From the NCBI GenBank assembly GCA_963735595.1, contig CAVTLK010000002.1, positions 384,001-448,000 of the forward strand: a DNA stretch of 64,000 bases. The letters are read 5' to 3'. The position numbers and the translations under genes were made by a program. Each line of letters opens with the position of its first letter. Within the stretch, counting starts at the first letter, position 1. The notes under the pieces were generated by a model. That model did not search any database and was not told where the DNA came from. It saw only the letters and a program-made list of their open reading frames with translations. This DNA is from an uncultured delta proteobacterium. Its GTDB lineage: Bacteria > Desulfobacterota > Zymogenia > Zymogenales > Zymogenaceae. This document shows positions 1-10,601 of the stretch, piece by piece.

Positions 1-241
1 CGGAGGGGTACCGCCACGAGATAGGCAGGGAGCATCTTCTGCATCGACGTTTCGGAGGATAAAGCTGATCAGCGGAACGTTGTCGTACCAGGCGATGGGC
101 GTCGCGCAGCGGGGACAGGCCGAAGCAGGGTGGACGATTGATCGCCCTTCGGGGAGGCGAACAGATGCAGACGTTCAGGAAGCTTCCGATCACGCAGCCG
201 AAAATAAAGGCGGCGATAGTATATAAGATGGTCGGGTTCAT
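1..241 (-). CDS. pilD: Prepilin peptidase (type IV leader peptidase), N-terminal part, truncated by window edge, frameshifted
   Basis: Manual translation from ATG at 241 gives MNPTILYTIAAFIFGCVIGSFLNVCI, then across shifts RLPEG.SIVHPASACPRCATPIAWYDNVPLISFIL..CRRCSLPISWRYP. This is the PilD N-terminal Zn-binding CxxC...CxxC signature. Not present in the ORF track. Confidence 0.9.
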   Translation of the reverse strand, partial: MNPTILYTIAAFIFGCVIGSFLNVCICSPPRRAINRPPCFGLSPLRDAHRLVRQRSADQLYPPKRRCRRCSLPISWRYPS

Positions 242-247
242 GAGATG

Positions 248-423
248 TTATAAAAGAATCGCGGGCAGCAGCCACGCGATGACGGCAATAAGGATAAGGA
301 CCAGCCCCACCACGCTCAGAAGATGCTCCCTATGAGGGAGGCGGCACCGTTTCGCCTCATATAGAGGTAGAGACCGAACGCGAGACAGAAGAGGGAAAAG
401 AAGATTACGAATAGTGGATACAT
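248..423 (-). CDS. Small (~58 aa) two-TM membrane protein, one frameshift
   Basis: ATG at 423 gives MYPLFVIFFSLFCLAFGLYLYMRRNGAASLIGSI; a 1-nt shift continues LLSVVGLVLILIAVIAWLLPAILL*. It fills the gap between its neighbours exactly. Confidence 0.5.
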
Positions 424-435
424 ATGCGTAGTCCC

Positions 436-1060
436 TTAGGCCCAATAGAGCCCCGTGATCCATAGACCGTAGAATACGACGACAAAAAGACCGACAATAA
501 CCGCCCGTCCGTTCCTCACCTTTTCGTTAGGACCCGGCAGGACGGTAAAGATGAAGGCGAAGACCGACAATATCCAGCCGACGCAGCCCGACTCCCACGA
601 TAAACGACCACAGGCGGTTTGGTGACGGTTCCCGGCTCAGTACTTCGGCAATCTTCTCACCGCTTATTTCGGGATGCGCCTCGGGGACGTGGGAGACAAG
701 CCATGTATCGGCGCGATTGATCCACCCCTTGAACGGAGTAAAGGGTCCTCGTGCTGAATAGACGGCGCTCCTGAGCGTGTTCATGGCAAAAATCGCCGTC
801 TCGGTATCTCCGTCAGCCCAGTACCTCTGCCCAATGTCCCAGAGGGCCGCCAGGGATCGCTTACCCCATGGGCTCATAGGGACGTACCATTTTATCGAGC
901 GGCCGTAGTGGGCTATGGCGAGATCTATTTTATCTTGGCGCTCGGATTCAACGGCCCGCCTGTATTCCACCGCGGAGCCGAGGTAGACCCGCGACATAAT
1001 CATCACCAGAATCACAACCAGAAGCAGTAAAAACGTAGTAAACTTGTATGATTCATTCAT
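436..1060 (-). CDS. Membrane protein with TPR-like helical domain (frameshift near 585)
   Basis: ORF 527..1060 has an N-terminal TM and a helical segment (AIAHYGRSIKWY). The shifted frame adds two hydrophobic helices ending GLWITGLYWA* at 436. Confidence 0.6.
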
Positions 1061-1062
1061 TG

Positions 1063-1845
1063 TTATCTGAAATCCCTCCGTGAGAAAATATACGAGGAGA
1101 TGACGAGCAGCACCGTGATATACAGTATCCCGTAGCCGACCGCAAAGAGGATATAACCCGTATCAACGGGCAGGCCGTGGACCGCCTGAGAACGGATGTT
1201 GAAGTTATCAAGGTTCGGAAAGAAGTAGTAGAGAAAGAGCATCAATTTCTGCAGGAACGTCCCCTCGAATCGAAAGCTGAACTGGTAAAGGTTTCGGGTT
1301 AGATGTCCAATCAGATATACGCCCAGTGTATACATACCGCTCAGGATGGGTGTGGAAAAAGACGAGAATAGTATTGCAACGGCGCACACGATCATGAGCT
1401 CAATAAAGGTCAGTCCCACGGCGAGAAACAGCAGCGGCGGCACGGTTCCCAGCTCGTTTATGACGATAATAAAGAAGATTGCGCTCATCGCGGCCACCTC
1501 GACCAGAAGGGTAAGTACGAGCCCAAAATATTTGCCGAGGAGAAACTGCCAGCGCGCCACCGGTTTTGAGACGATCGTATAGATCGTTCGCTTGTCTATC
1601 TCCTTATAGACCAATCCGATACCCACGAAGATCGCGATCAGTGTTCCGAAAATGGAAATTGAGGCGAGGCCGGTGTCGATGATGATTTTGGCCCGCTGAC
1701 CGATGGTGATAATATCCATTACCATTGACAACAAAAGGATTATGACCGCAAAAAAGACAATGGCATACAGGATTCTGTCTCTTACGGCCTCACGAAACGT
1801 ATTAATGATAATGGCCCAGATTTTCCGTATTGATGACGGTATCAT
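1063..1845 (-). CDS. pilI: ABC-2 transporter permease, PilI/XapB-like
   Basis: NTFREAVRDRILY and KEIDKRTIYTIVSKPVARWQFLLGKY motifs; about 6 TM; overlaps the ABC ATPase and lies upstream of pilD. Confidence 0.8.
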   Translation of the reverse strand: MIPSSIRKIWAIIINTFREAVRDRILYAIVFFAVIILLLSMVMDIITIGQRAKIIIDTGLASISIFGTLIAIFVGIGLVYKEIDKRTIYTIVSKPVARWQFLLGKYFGLVLTLLVEVAAMSAIFFIIVINELGTVPPLLFLAVGLTFIELMIVCAVAILFSSFSTPILSGMYTLGVYLIGHLTRNLYQFSFRFEGTFLQKLMLFLYYFFPNLDNFNIRSQAVHGLPVDTGYILFAVGYGILYITVLLVISSYIFSRRDFR

Positions 1846-2777
1846 GACGCGTCCCTTTTTATCTGACTCAGCACGAGATCTTCGAGGGTCATCCTGATGG
1901 GTTCCACCGATTCAATGGAGCCCCTGCCGGCCCTGATGATATCGATAACCTCATTGGCCCGCTCGGGGCCGTCGGTAATAAATACGGTATGCTGGCCGAC
2001 GATCCGTTTGACCACCGCCTTTTGGGCCAGCCGGGCAAGAAGCTTATCGTCAATGTCGCGGGCGGTAATCTCCACCGACTGAATTCGCTCGTTCAAGAGC
2101 TGATCGATGTTTCCCACATCGCTGATTCTGCCATCGATAATGATGCCCACCCGATCCGCGATGGCCTCCACGTCAGGGATGATATGGGACGAGAATATGA
2201 TGGTTTTGTTATCCTCCTTCAATCCCTGAATGATCTCGCGAACCTGGGCGCGGCCAAGGGGGTCCAGTCCGGACATCGGCTCATCGAGGATGATCAGCTC
2301 AGGATCGTTGATGAGCGCCTGGGCTATACCGATCCGCTGGAGCATGCCCTTGGAGAATTTCCTGAGCGGTTCGGAGGCCTTTTTCTCGAGGCCGACGGTT
2401 TTGAGCAGCCTTCTGATCCGTTCCCGCCGTACGCCGAGGGGAATCCCGAACAAACGCGCGTAGAAGTCGAGAAACTCCTGGGCGTTGAGGTATTCATAGA
2501 AATAAGGGCTCTCCGGGAGGAAGCCGATCTGTTGTTTGATGCCGATGTCACCGGGGGGATGGGAAAGGACGCTGACGTACCCGGAGCTCGGGAAGATAAT
2601 ACCGACAATGATCTTGAGGGTGGTCGTCTTGCCGGCGCCGTTCGGCCCCAAGTATCCGAAAATCTCCCCCTTATTAATGGTAAGGCTTACTCCCTTCAAG
2701 GCCTGAACCGCTTTCATCGTGAAACCGGTTCGAAAGGTCTTGGACACTCCTCTAAGCTCCAATGCGGTTTGGACCAT
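1842..2777 (-). CDS. pilH: ABC transporter ATP-binding protein, PilH/XapD-like
   Basis: Walker A GPNGAGKTT, signature FSKGM, Walker B ILDEP, GFLPESPYFYEYL; sits between pilG-like and pilI-like genes. Confidence 0.85.
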   Translation of the reverse strand: MVQTALELRGVSKTFRTGFTMKAVQALKGVSLTINKGEIFGYLGPNGAGKTTTLKIIVGIIFPSSGYVSVLSHPPGDIGIKQQIGFLPESPYFYEYLNAQEFLDFYARLFGIPLGVRRERIRRLLKTVGLEKKASEPLRKFSKGMLQRIGIAQALINDPELIILDEPMSGLDPLGRAQVREIIQGLKEDNKTIIFSSHIIPDVEAIADRVGIIIDGRISDVGNIDQLLNERIQSVEITARDIDDKLLARLAQKAVVKRIVGQHTVFITDGPERANEVIDIIRAGRGSIESVEPIRMTLEDLVLSQIKRDAS

Positions 2778-3435
2778 TATTGTCTCCCGGTCTCGAGTTC
2801 CTTGATCCTGTCCATGATAATCTCTTTTATTTTCTGGTCGCGGAAATTGCCGTAGAGTATATAGAGAAATTCGAGTGTTGTCTCCCGCGTCTTGCCGTTA
2901 GCGCGAAGTTTTGCCGCGAAATCTTTGAGGTAGAGTGGTCCCCCGAGGTTGTGCGCGTTTTCGAGATAGCCCGCCGCCGTCTCAAAATCCGCACTCCCGA
3001 AAAAATAGTTAAGCCCGAGGGCAAACGGGAAATACCAGTCGTTGGGAAAGACCCGCTCGACCCTTGATCAGGATCTTCCGTGCGTTTTCGAACTGCCCTC
3101 CCTCGAGGTTGAGCATTAAGCCCGGCAAACATATAGGGGAACCTGAACTGAGGGTCCAGGGTCGTTATAAGGTCGGCAATATGATAGAACCAGACATAGG
3201 TGTGATCGGTCATAAGGTGCGTGGAGAAATAGTCGATCATCCTGATATAGAGGATATCGGCGACCAGCTGATCGAATCCGAGGCTTATGACCGTAATCAT
3301 ATTGCCCGAGGGAAGATAGAGGAGTTCCTCCTTCTCGGGCCAATCGCTGCGTAGGGTATCGAGATTTCTCTGGATGGTGTACAGGGAAATAAGGATCGCC
3401 GCGACGACAATTAAAAACGCGGCGCCCCTCCCCAT
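2777..3435 (-). CDS. pilG: PilG/XapA-like membrane-anchored helical protein (frameshifted)
   Basis: N-terminal TM, then LLYLPSG..SLGFDQLVADILYIRMIDYF..ITTLDPQFRFPY. The shifted C-terminus ends ...RIKELETGRQ*, with TAA overlapping the pilH ATG. Confidence 0.65.
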
Positions 3436-3511
3436 CGGGAATGCATAATCGGCACAGTTGCCTCATGATAATCGTATTATGATATAAACCTATCAAATTT
3501 TCCCGATTTTT

Positions 3512-4482
3512 TCAAGTGTTTTTCACCTTAAGGCCTCGATTAAAGAAGATAAGGGCGATAAATAAGAGGGCCGAGAAAAAGTACCCACAGCAAGAGGATC
3601 ATCCGATCAAGGGTTGCCGCGAATACTACGCGGGTGAAAGTCGATCCCCAGTCCTCCGCCCAAGAGTCCCATAACGAATTCCTTTACGCCCAGCCCTCCG
3701 GGCACCATGCTCGAAACGGCCGAGGATATTGGACAATGGAACAAGGATAAAGCCCGGCCGCGTAATTCGGCGTCAATCCGACGGCCGCAAGGCACAGCGT
3801 GATCCTCATCGAGTCAATACATACCATACAGAGGTCGGTCGCGATAAGCAACACCAATCGCCTCCCCCCCGTCCTGATTACCCGCCATCCCTCGAGGAAG
3901 CGAAGGACGTGAGGGTTATTTACACGCCCGGTCCGGCGGTCGATCCTCAGAAAAAAGATGAGCGGTACGATAATCAGTATGACATAGATAGCCATGATCG
4001 GCCACGAAAAGACGCCGGATGAGAGCCACAAAACGCTCATGGCCGATCACGCCCACGGTAGAAAAAGTTACGATCGCCAATACCGAGCTTGCCGCCGCCG
4101 TCGCCAGGAAACGGGCGTAAGAAAAGTCGTGCGCCGCTTTCAGGAAGACGGCCCCCGCGACGGCGCCTCCCTTGAACGGGAGGTAGTTAAAGAAGGTCGT
4201 CATCTGGGCGAGCCCCATCCATTCGTATGGGGCGAGCCTGAGACCAAACATTCCTGTCAGGAGTTTCATCCGCACCCCGCCGAGAAACTGAAACGAGAGG
4301 ATGAGCAGACTCATGATCATAATGAAAGGCCAGCTGACCTCGGTTTCGGCGGTAAAGCTCGCGCCATGCCGTTGATAAAACCAACGCGCACACAGGATGA
4401 CGGCCAAAAGCCCCACGATACCGATAACCCCGCGAAGAAGTCTTCGTTCGGGCCACCGCGTCGGGTCTTTATCCTTCTGCAT
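3512..4482 (-). CDS. Lysylphosphatidylglycerol-synthase TM-domain (flippase-like, UPF0104) protein, frameshifted
   Basis: Polytopic membrane protein with FFNYLPFKGG and VPGGLGVKE motifs spread over three ORF fragments. Confidence 0.75.
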
Positions 4483-4485
4483 ATT

Positions 4486-5901
4486 CTAGTAGGCCCCCCT
4501 CCGGGATAGAATGGCCGGGAGTGTCCTCATGATGATGGAAATATCCAGGACAAGAGACCGATTCCTGATGTAATAAAAGTCGTATTGTATGTTCTCTTCC
4601 AGGGGGAGGTCTTTTCTCCCGATCACCTGCCAGAGGCCCGTGAGTCCGGGCTTGACGGAAAGCCGCTTCTTTTCCCACTCCTTATACTTCGCCACGATAA
4701 ACGGCATCTCGGGCCGGGGGCCGACGATGCTCATATCACCGACGACGATATTGATGAGCTGCGGCAGCTCGTCCAGCGAAAACTTTCTCAGGAAGCGTCC
4801 CAACCGCGTAATGCGGGAGTCGGCGGGACTCTTCGGGGATCGAGCATACGCATCCGTCTCGGAGTACATCGTCCTGAACTTGAGCATGTTAAAGAGCTTA
4901 CCGTCCTTTCCCACCCGGGACTGTGAAAAAAAGACGGGCCCCCGTGAATCGATCCTAATCCACAGGACAATGAGAAGCCACAAGGGAAAACTCAGAATAA
5001 TGCACGCGACCGATATGGCGATATCCATCGCCCGTTTAATGGCCTCGTATCCGATCCCCGCACCTCCCCCTTTAAGATCCACGACCGGGAATGTCCCGAT
5101 CATGTCGATCGGGGTATTGTCAGAGATCACTTCAAAGACGTCGGTGACGATGTGAAAAGAGGTCTTTCTGCGCGGGCAGGAAGAGATGATGTCAAATATC
5201 CGGTGGTGGCTGATGTTCGGGATAGCAAAGAAGACGTCGTCTATATCGTATTTGATGATGATGGTATTGATGTCCTTCTCTCCGCCAAGAACCGGCAATC
5301 CCCCCACAACCGCGCCGTGTTTCTTCTCGTCCTTGTCAATAAATCCGACTACCTCATAGCCGATCTCTCGCGAATCCTGAAGCTTCTGGACGGTCCGGAT
5401 TCCGCTTTCCCCGGCGCCTATAACGATCGCCTTAACCGTCAACAGGCCCCGGCGCCACAGGCGTGTCTCAATACCTCGAACAATGAGCCGAGACATCGTC
5501 AGGGTAACGAGCGACAACCCTCCCATCAAGATGATGACCGACCGGCCGAGATCGAGGTCCTTGAATAAAAAGGCCAACGACATGCTCACGAGAAGTCCGA
5601 GCAGGAAGGCCTTAGAAATCGCGCGAAACTCCCTTACAAGGGATACTTGGCCGACGCGGCGGTAGAGCCCGAAAAAGAAGCAGACGGAGATCCAGACCAA
5701 CACCATGATTGGAGTGAATAGGAGATAGACCCGAAACGGATTTATGAGCTTGAGAAAATAGAAAGGCACTGAAAAACGGAGCCAATAGGCGCAGAACCAG
5801 GAGAGACAAATAAACACCGCATCGAAAACGACAAGAAGCACGACAATCGTGCGATGCCCGCGCTTTCCGGAAAAGAGGAAGGTAAGGCCGCTATCTCTCA
5901 C
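4486..5901 (-). CDS. Polyprenyl-phosphate glycosylphosphotransferase (WcaJ/WbaP-like priming transferase)
   Basis: N-terminal TMs, CoA-binding-like domain (VIGAGESG, GFIDKD), KFRTM, SLDELPQLINI, MSIVGPRPE, KPGLTGLWQV. Likely GTG start at 5901. Confidence 0.93.
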   Translation of the reverse strand: MRDSGLTFLFSGKRGHRTIVVLLVVFDAVFICLSWFCAYWLRFSVPFYFLKLINPFRVYLLFTPIMVLVWISVCFFFGLYRRVGQVSLVREFRAISKAFLLGLLVSMSLAFLFKDLDLGRSVIILMGGLSLVTLTMSRLIVRGIETRLWRRGLLTVKAIVIGAGESGIRTVQKLQDSREIGYEVVGFIDKDEKKHGAVVGGLPVLGGEKDINTIIIKYDIDDVFFAIPNISHHRIFDIISSCPRRKTSFHIVTDVFEVISDNTPIDMIGTFPVVDLKGGGAGIGYEAIKRAMDIAISVACIILSFPLWLLIVLWIRIDSRGPVFFSQSRVGKDGKLFNMLKFRTMYSETDAYARSPKSPADSRITRLGRFLRKFSLDELPQLINIVVGDMSIVGPRPEMPFIVAKYKEWEKKRLSVKPGLTGLWQVIGRKDLPLEENIQYDFYYIRNRSLVLDISIIMRTLPAILSRRGAY

Positions 5902-8019
5902 GGTTCGTAAGCTCCGCCAGCCGATTCCTGATGCTCTTGTTTGCCGGGAAAAGATCGGAGGCCTCCCGATAGTGCGCAAGCGCCTCTCCGTAATCGCCGT
6001 TCTTCTCCAGAATCTGTCCGAGACCCCAGTGGGCCATCAGGTTATCGGGATCGTTGGAAAGAGCCGTCATGAGAGCCTCCTCGGCCCCCTGAAGATCTCC
6101 CGAGTTTTATCAGGCATCTGGCCAGCGACACGTATGCCGGGGCGGAGTCCGGGAAACGCTCATTAACCCGGGAAAAGAGTTCGGCTGCCGCCCGCCAGTC
6201 TTCGGATTTCATCAGTAAAACGGCCCGCTCGTATTCGGTCGGAACGTAGTCATCGGCGCCGGTATAACGGTAAAGATCAACGGGATTTCCCCGAATGTAA
6301 AACGTTTCGACGAGGACCAGGCAGTCGTAGGTCTCGGGGTAGTTCGCCTCGATATAGGCCAGACCATTAACGGTATCGATAGCGAGGTGAGTCGTCCTGC
6401 TTTTTTCGAATCGCTCACACGGGTGCGTGCGCTTCGGGTCCGTAAAGGTCATATAGACGCGTTTCAGGTTACTCTCCATGGTGAGGGGATGCGCATACGA
6501 TCCCGAGATCTTCGCATCGTTTCCGACCATTACACCGATATCCCGAGAGGCCTTGAAAGCCGTGTGGCGCGGTTTTGTAAACCAGGTCCAAAACATCGTG
6601 GTCTGGCCTGCGAGAAAGACGAAAACAACCACACCCGCTACGGCAATTCTGAGACTCCTCCTGACAAAGGGTTTCTGTTTTTTTTGCTCGATCCTTCTAT
6701 CCGCGAGAAAAGTTAGCCGCCGTGATAATAATGGAGATGATCAGCGAGAGAGACAGAAGAAAATAGAACGAGCTGGCGAAATTGAGGGTTGAGAGGATGT
6801 TTTTAGCCATCGGAATCGATATCCGCAACCCGTTGACGAATGTCTCGAAATTCTCCGCAGTATAAACCAGCGCCACTATCAATAGCCTGAATACAAGGAA
6901 GATGAGCCAGAACGGAAGCACAAGGTAGAAAGTGTAACCGAGGTCCTGTCTTGGCGTTGGGCTGAGGAAGCGGGCGAGGGCGGCGGCGGCAAGGACAAAC
7001 ATCGGCGGATAGAGAAAAAGGAAGAACCGAGGCGGCGCGTATCTGAAAAAGACCGTGGCGGCCGCTCCAAAGACCAGCCAGACTACAAAGAGCACAATGA
7101 TCAAGTCCTTCCCTTCCGTCAGACGGATCCTTTTCTGGAAGAGGTCTTTGGTAAGGAAAATAAGGTAACAATACGAGAGAAACGAAACGACGGGATTCCT
7201 TTCGATGACGCCTCCGCTTGCCCCAAAATTAAAAATATAGAGGAGGATATTATCATCGAAGAGGTCCTTCCTCATGTGAGTCCTGAGCTTTCCCGCGGCA
7301 ACGTCGATTGGTGAAAGGTCGAAAAACCTCGCCATCAGCGCGAAGAGAAGGACAACGATTCCCGTAAACAGGACGACCAGAATGCCCGTGGTCGCCATAG
7401 ATTTTACCGGCTTCCTGTGAGAAAGATAGATGATCAGATGCCCAACGAGAAAGGCCGGTATCAGCGCCGCGGCGATGATCTTGATGAATAATACCGCAAT
7501 CAAAAGGACCATCCACGCGCCGATGAAATAAACCGGCTGCTTGGCGCCTTTTATCCATAGCCACGCGGCGATAAGCATATACATTACCATCGCCGTATAG
7601 ATGATCGGTATTCGATTGAACATCGCCCACATATAGGTGAACGCCCAGAAAAGGCAGGCCAGCCAGATTATCTTCTCATCCTTGATCTCTTTGAGGATCA
7701 AGAAGAAGAAGACAAAGGCCACAAGCGAGAGGACGACCGTCGTAAGGTTTACCTGAGCAAGCCCCACACCAAAAATCAGGAGGGTGGGCAGGTAGAGAAG
7801 GGAATAGGCCGGCGCGTTCCATATGCTGGATATTGGTTTGAAGTCCCCACCCCTGGCCAGGTCAACCGCCGGGGACAGATAGTATGCGGCGTCGGTGCTC
7901 GGCCCCTGTGACCACGAAATATCAAAGGGGGCGTCCGCCGAGGGATAGATCATTCGAACGGCCAGGGTTAAAACGAAAAAGACAACAAAAACGGCCGGTA
8001 GAAACCATGTTCGTTTCAT
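5898..8019 (-). CDS. GT-C (ArnT/PMT, GT39-like) membrane glycosyltransferase with C-terminal TPR, frameshifted
   Basis: Multi-TM protein with an acidic first-loop motif (STDAAYY) and PPRFFLFLYPP. The C-terminal fragment has a TPR (AAAELFSRVNERFPDSAPAYVSLARCL). Confidence 0.7.
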
Positions 8020-9484
8020 CGCTGGTTACCTTTTCGCAAAAAATCCTTCAGGTGCCCGAGTACGGCGCGCCCGCCCCTCAGGACATATCGTACGTCATTG
8101 AGCGATCGTATCTTCCTGACATTGCGTATAATGAACCTGGGGGAAAAGAACGATTTATATATCCCGCCGCAGATCGCCATTACCTCTTGGGGGCTCATGT
8201 CGGGGGTCGTAAATACGGGTTCGCGCATGTCGAAGCGCTCGTATTCTTGGGGATCAAACCTGAAGAGCCCTTCTTCCACCGCCAGTTTGTAGAGGGGGGT
8301 GCCGGGGTAGGGAACCAACACCGTGGCCTGGAGCATTTCTGCGTATCCGTCCCTCATGAGGCTGCGGGCGAGCCCGAGGGTGGTAAGGGCGTCGGCGCGC
8401 GTCTCCCAGGGATATCCCACCATGACCGTAAGGTGGACATCGATCTTGGCCCGTGCCGCATTCCGGCATCCGGTAACGATGTCATCGACCGTGATTCCTT
8501 TACATACCTTGTCCAGGGTTTTCTGGTTTGCGCTCTCTAACCCCGACTTGACTTTCCGGAATCCGGCCCGTTTCATGAGCATGGGGAACCTCCGGATCGG
8601 TAAGGTAGTCGAAGCGCATATTGCACGAAAAAAGGATACGCTTGTGATAGCCCCTCTCGATCATCCCGTCGCAGAAGTCCCTGAGCCATTGCCCCCCGGG
8701 AAAGGTGCCCGTGTCGTCGAAGATTTCCCGCGCCCCGTGTTTGTCGATCAAATAACCGATCTCGTCCAGGACATGCTTAACCGGCCGCATCTGGAATTCC
8801 GGGTAAAGTATTGTCCAGGCACAGAAGGTGCATCGATGCCATGGGCAATCCCTGCCTGCCATGATATAGAAAAAAGGGGTATGGCGTTTCCATTTCTCGC
8901 CATAGAGATGAGCCTCGAGTCAGCTCCCGATCGATGAAGGGCGCCGTTTCGAGGGGGTAGTCCGTACGGAAGGGGCCGGTTTCCCCTATTTCACCGTTCT
9001 GCTTTCGGAACCAGAGTCCCGGCGGCCGATCACCCGCGCCATCGAGATTCTTCACGAGTTCGGAAAGGGCGAAGTCATAATACCCACCGGTCAATACGAA
9101 ATCGACCGACGAGCGCTCCATCGATTCGCCCGGCAGGGCGGTAACGTGGTCGCCCGTCAGGGCGACGCGGATACTCGTATCGATGTCTTTAATATCGTCG
9201 ATGATCCGCCAATGCTGTCGGATGACGGGGGTTTTGCTTTCCATGACGATAAGGTCCGGCCTTTCCTCACGGACCGTCTTGATGAAATCGGGATAGTCTC
9301 TCTTATGGGCTATCCCATCGTACCAGATTACCCGGTGGCCCGCCCGTGAGAGGATCGTAGCGGCGGAGGCAGAGACAACCGGGTAGATATAGGAGGGCTC
9401 ATGATACCATTGGAACTGGCGGTTTTGGGTCAGCATCGGGCTCCCCTTACCGGAGAGGGCCGGATAGGCAATCATCACCTTCAT
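8016..9484 (-). CDS. B12-binding-domain radical SAM protein, frameshifted
   Basis: B12-binding region (ESKTP, GDHVTALP), GRDCPWHRCTFC cluster motif, EIFDDTGTF, GLESANQ, VGYPWET, PYPGTPLY across three fragments. Confidence 0.88.
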
Positions 9485-9489
9485 TGCCC

Positions 9490-10242
9490 TTATTTCCTCC
9501 CTCGTAAACGTAAGGCGAGCATCCGCAGCAGGAAGGCCGGATTCCCCAGAATATATCGCGAAAACATCCGTACCGGTTCTATGAGAAACCGAAAAAGCCA
9601 TTCCATGTGCATCGTTCTCATCCAGGCGGGCGATCTCTTGACCTTTCCCGAAACGAAATCGAAAACGGCCCCCACACACCATACCAATGGGACGTTAAGC
9701 TTGCGGCGGTTCTGCGCCGCCCAGATCTCCTGGACAGGCGAGCCAAGCCCTACGAGGAGGCAGTCGGGCCGCAGCTTATTGATGGCGGCGATGGTCGCAT
9801 CGCTCGGGGCGCCGTCCTTGACAAAGTAGCCGTGGTGTGTCCCGAGGATGGAAAGACGCGGGTATTTTTCCCGCAGTGTTTCGGCCGCCTTCTCGGAGAC
9901 GCCCGGCTCGCCGGCGAGGATAAAGAGGGAACGTCCTTCGCGCTGGAACGTCCCGCAGAGGTCATAGATAAAATCTGCTGCGGTAAGTCTTTGCTCGATC
10001 CGTCTTCCGAGTATCCGGGCGCCCAACAGGACGCCGGAGCCGTCGCAGTAGATAAGGTCGGCATTGGCGAGGGCCGACCTCATCGGGCCGACCGAATGAG
10101 CGAGGTTCATGGTGTGGATGTTCGCGTACATAATCAGGTGAGTTTTGCCGTCTGTAATGTACTCATGCACCACTCCCAAAAGCTCTCTCAGGCCGAGGTT
10201 CGCGATACCAATACCTTCGACGACTACCGTTTCATGGATCAC
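9490..10242 (-). CDS. WecB/TagA/CpsF family glycosyltransferase
   Basis: YANIH, CDGSGV, HHGYF, VGLGSPVQE, VGAVFDFVSG, EWLFRFLIEP.RMFSRY motifs. Confidence 0.93.
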   Translation of the reverse strand: MIHETVVVEGIGIANLGLRELLGVVHEYITDGKTHLIMYANIHTMNLAHSVGPMRSALANADLIYCDGSGVLLGARILGRRIEQRLTAADFIYDLCGTFQREGRSLFILAGEPGVSEKAAETLREKYPRLSILGTHHGYFVKDGAPSDATIAAINKLRPDCLLVGLGSPVQEIWAAQNRRKLNVPLVWCVGAVFDFVSGKVKRSPAWMRTMHMEWLFRFLIEPVRMFSRYILGNPAFLLRMLALRLRGRK

Positions 10243-10601
10243 GGCCACCTCTTTTTGGAGCGCGTTATCTCGATCGTGGAATCGGGTCTCGGCCAGTCTC
10301 ATTGGGCAGAGCATATCATATCTGCCGTAGCTTGTCACGGAGATTATGGAAAACGGGAAGAACGCGGCTGTATCCTCGGGTATCCGACGCTAATGGATTG
10401 GGGGGAGGGTTGGGGAATAAGGAAAGGGCCTATTATCGCCGATCGAAGAGATAAGCAGATCACGTGAGTCGTAAGAAGGCCTCTATGCGGGGCCGAACCG
10501 TGTGGAAAAACGGGTTATGGTGTTATCGGCTATCCCGCGCCGCGGAGATTTCGCATTTTTCCTGACGTCTGCCTTAACCGATCGATTATCGGCAAATCAC
10601 G

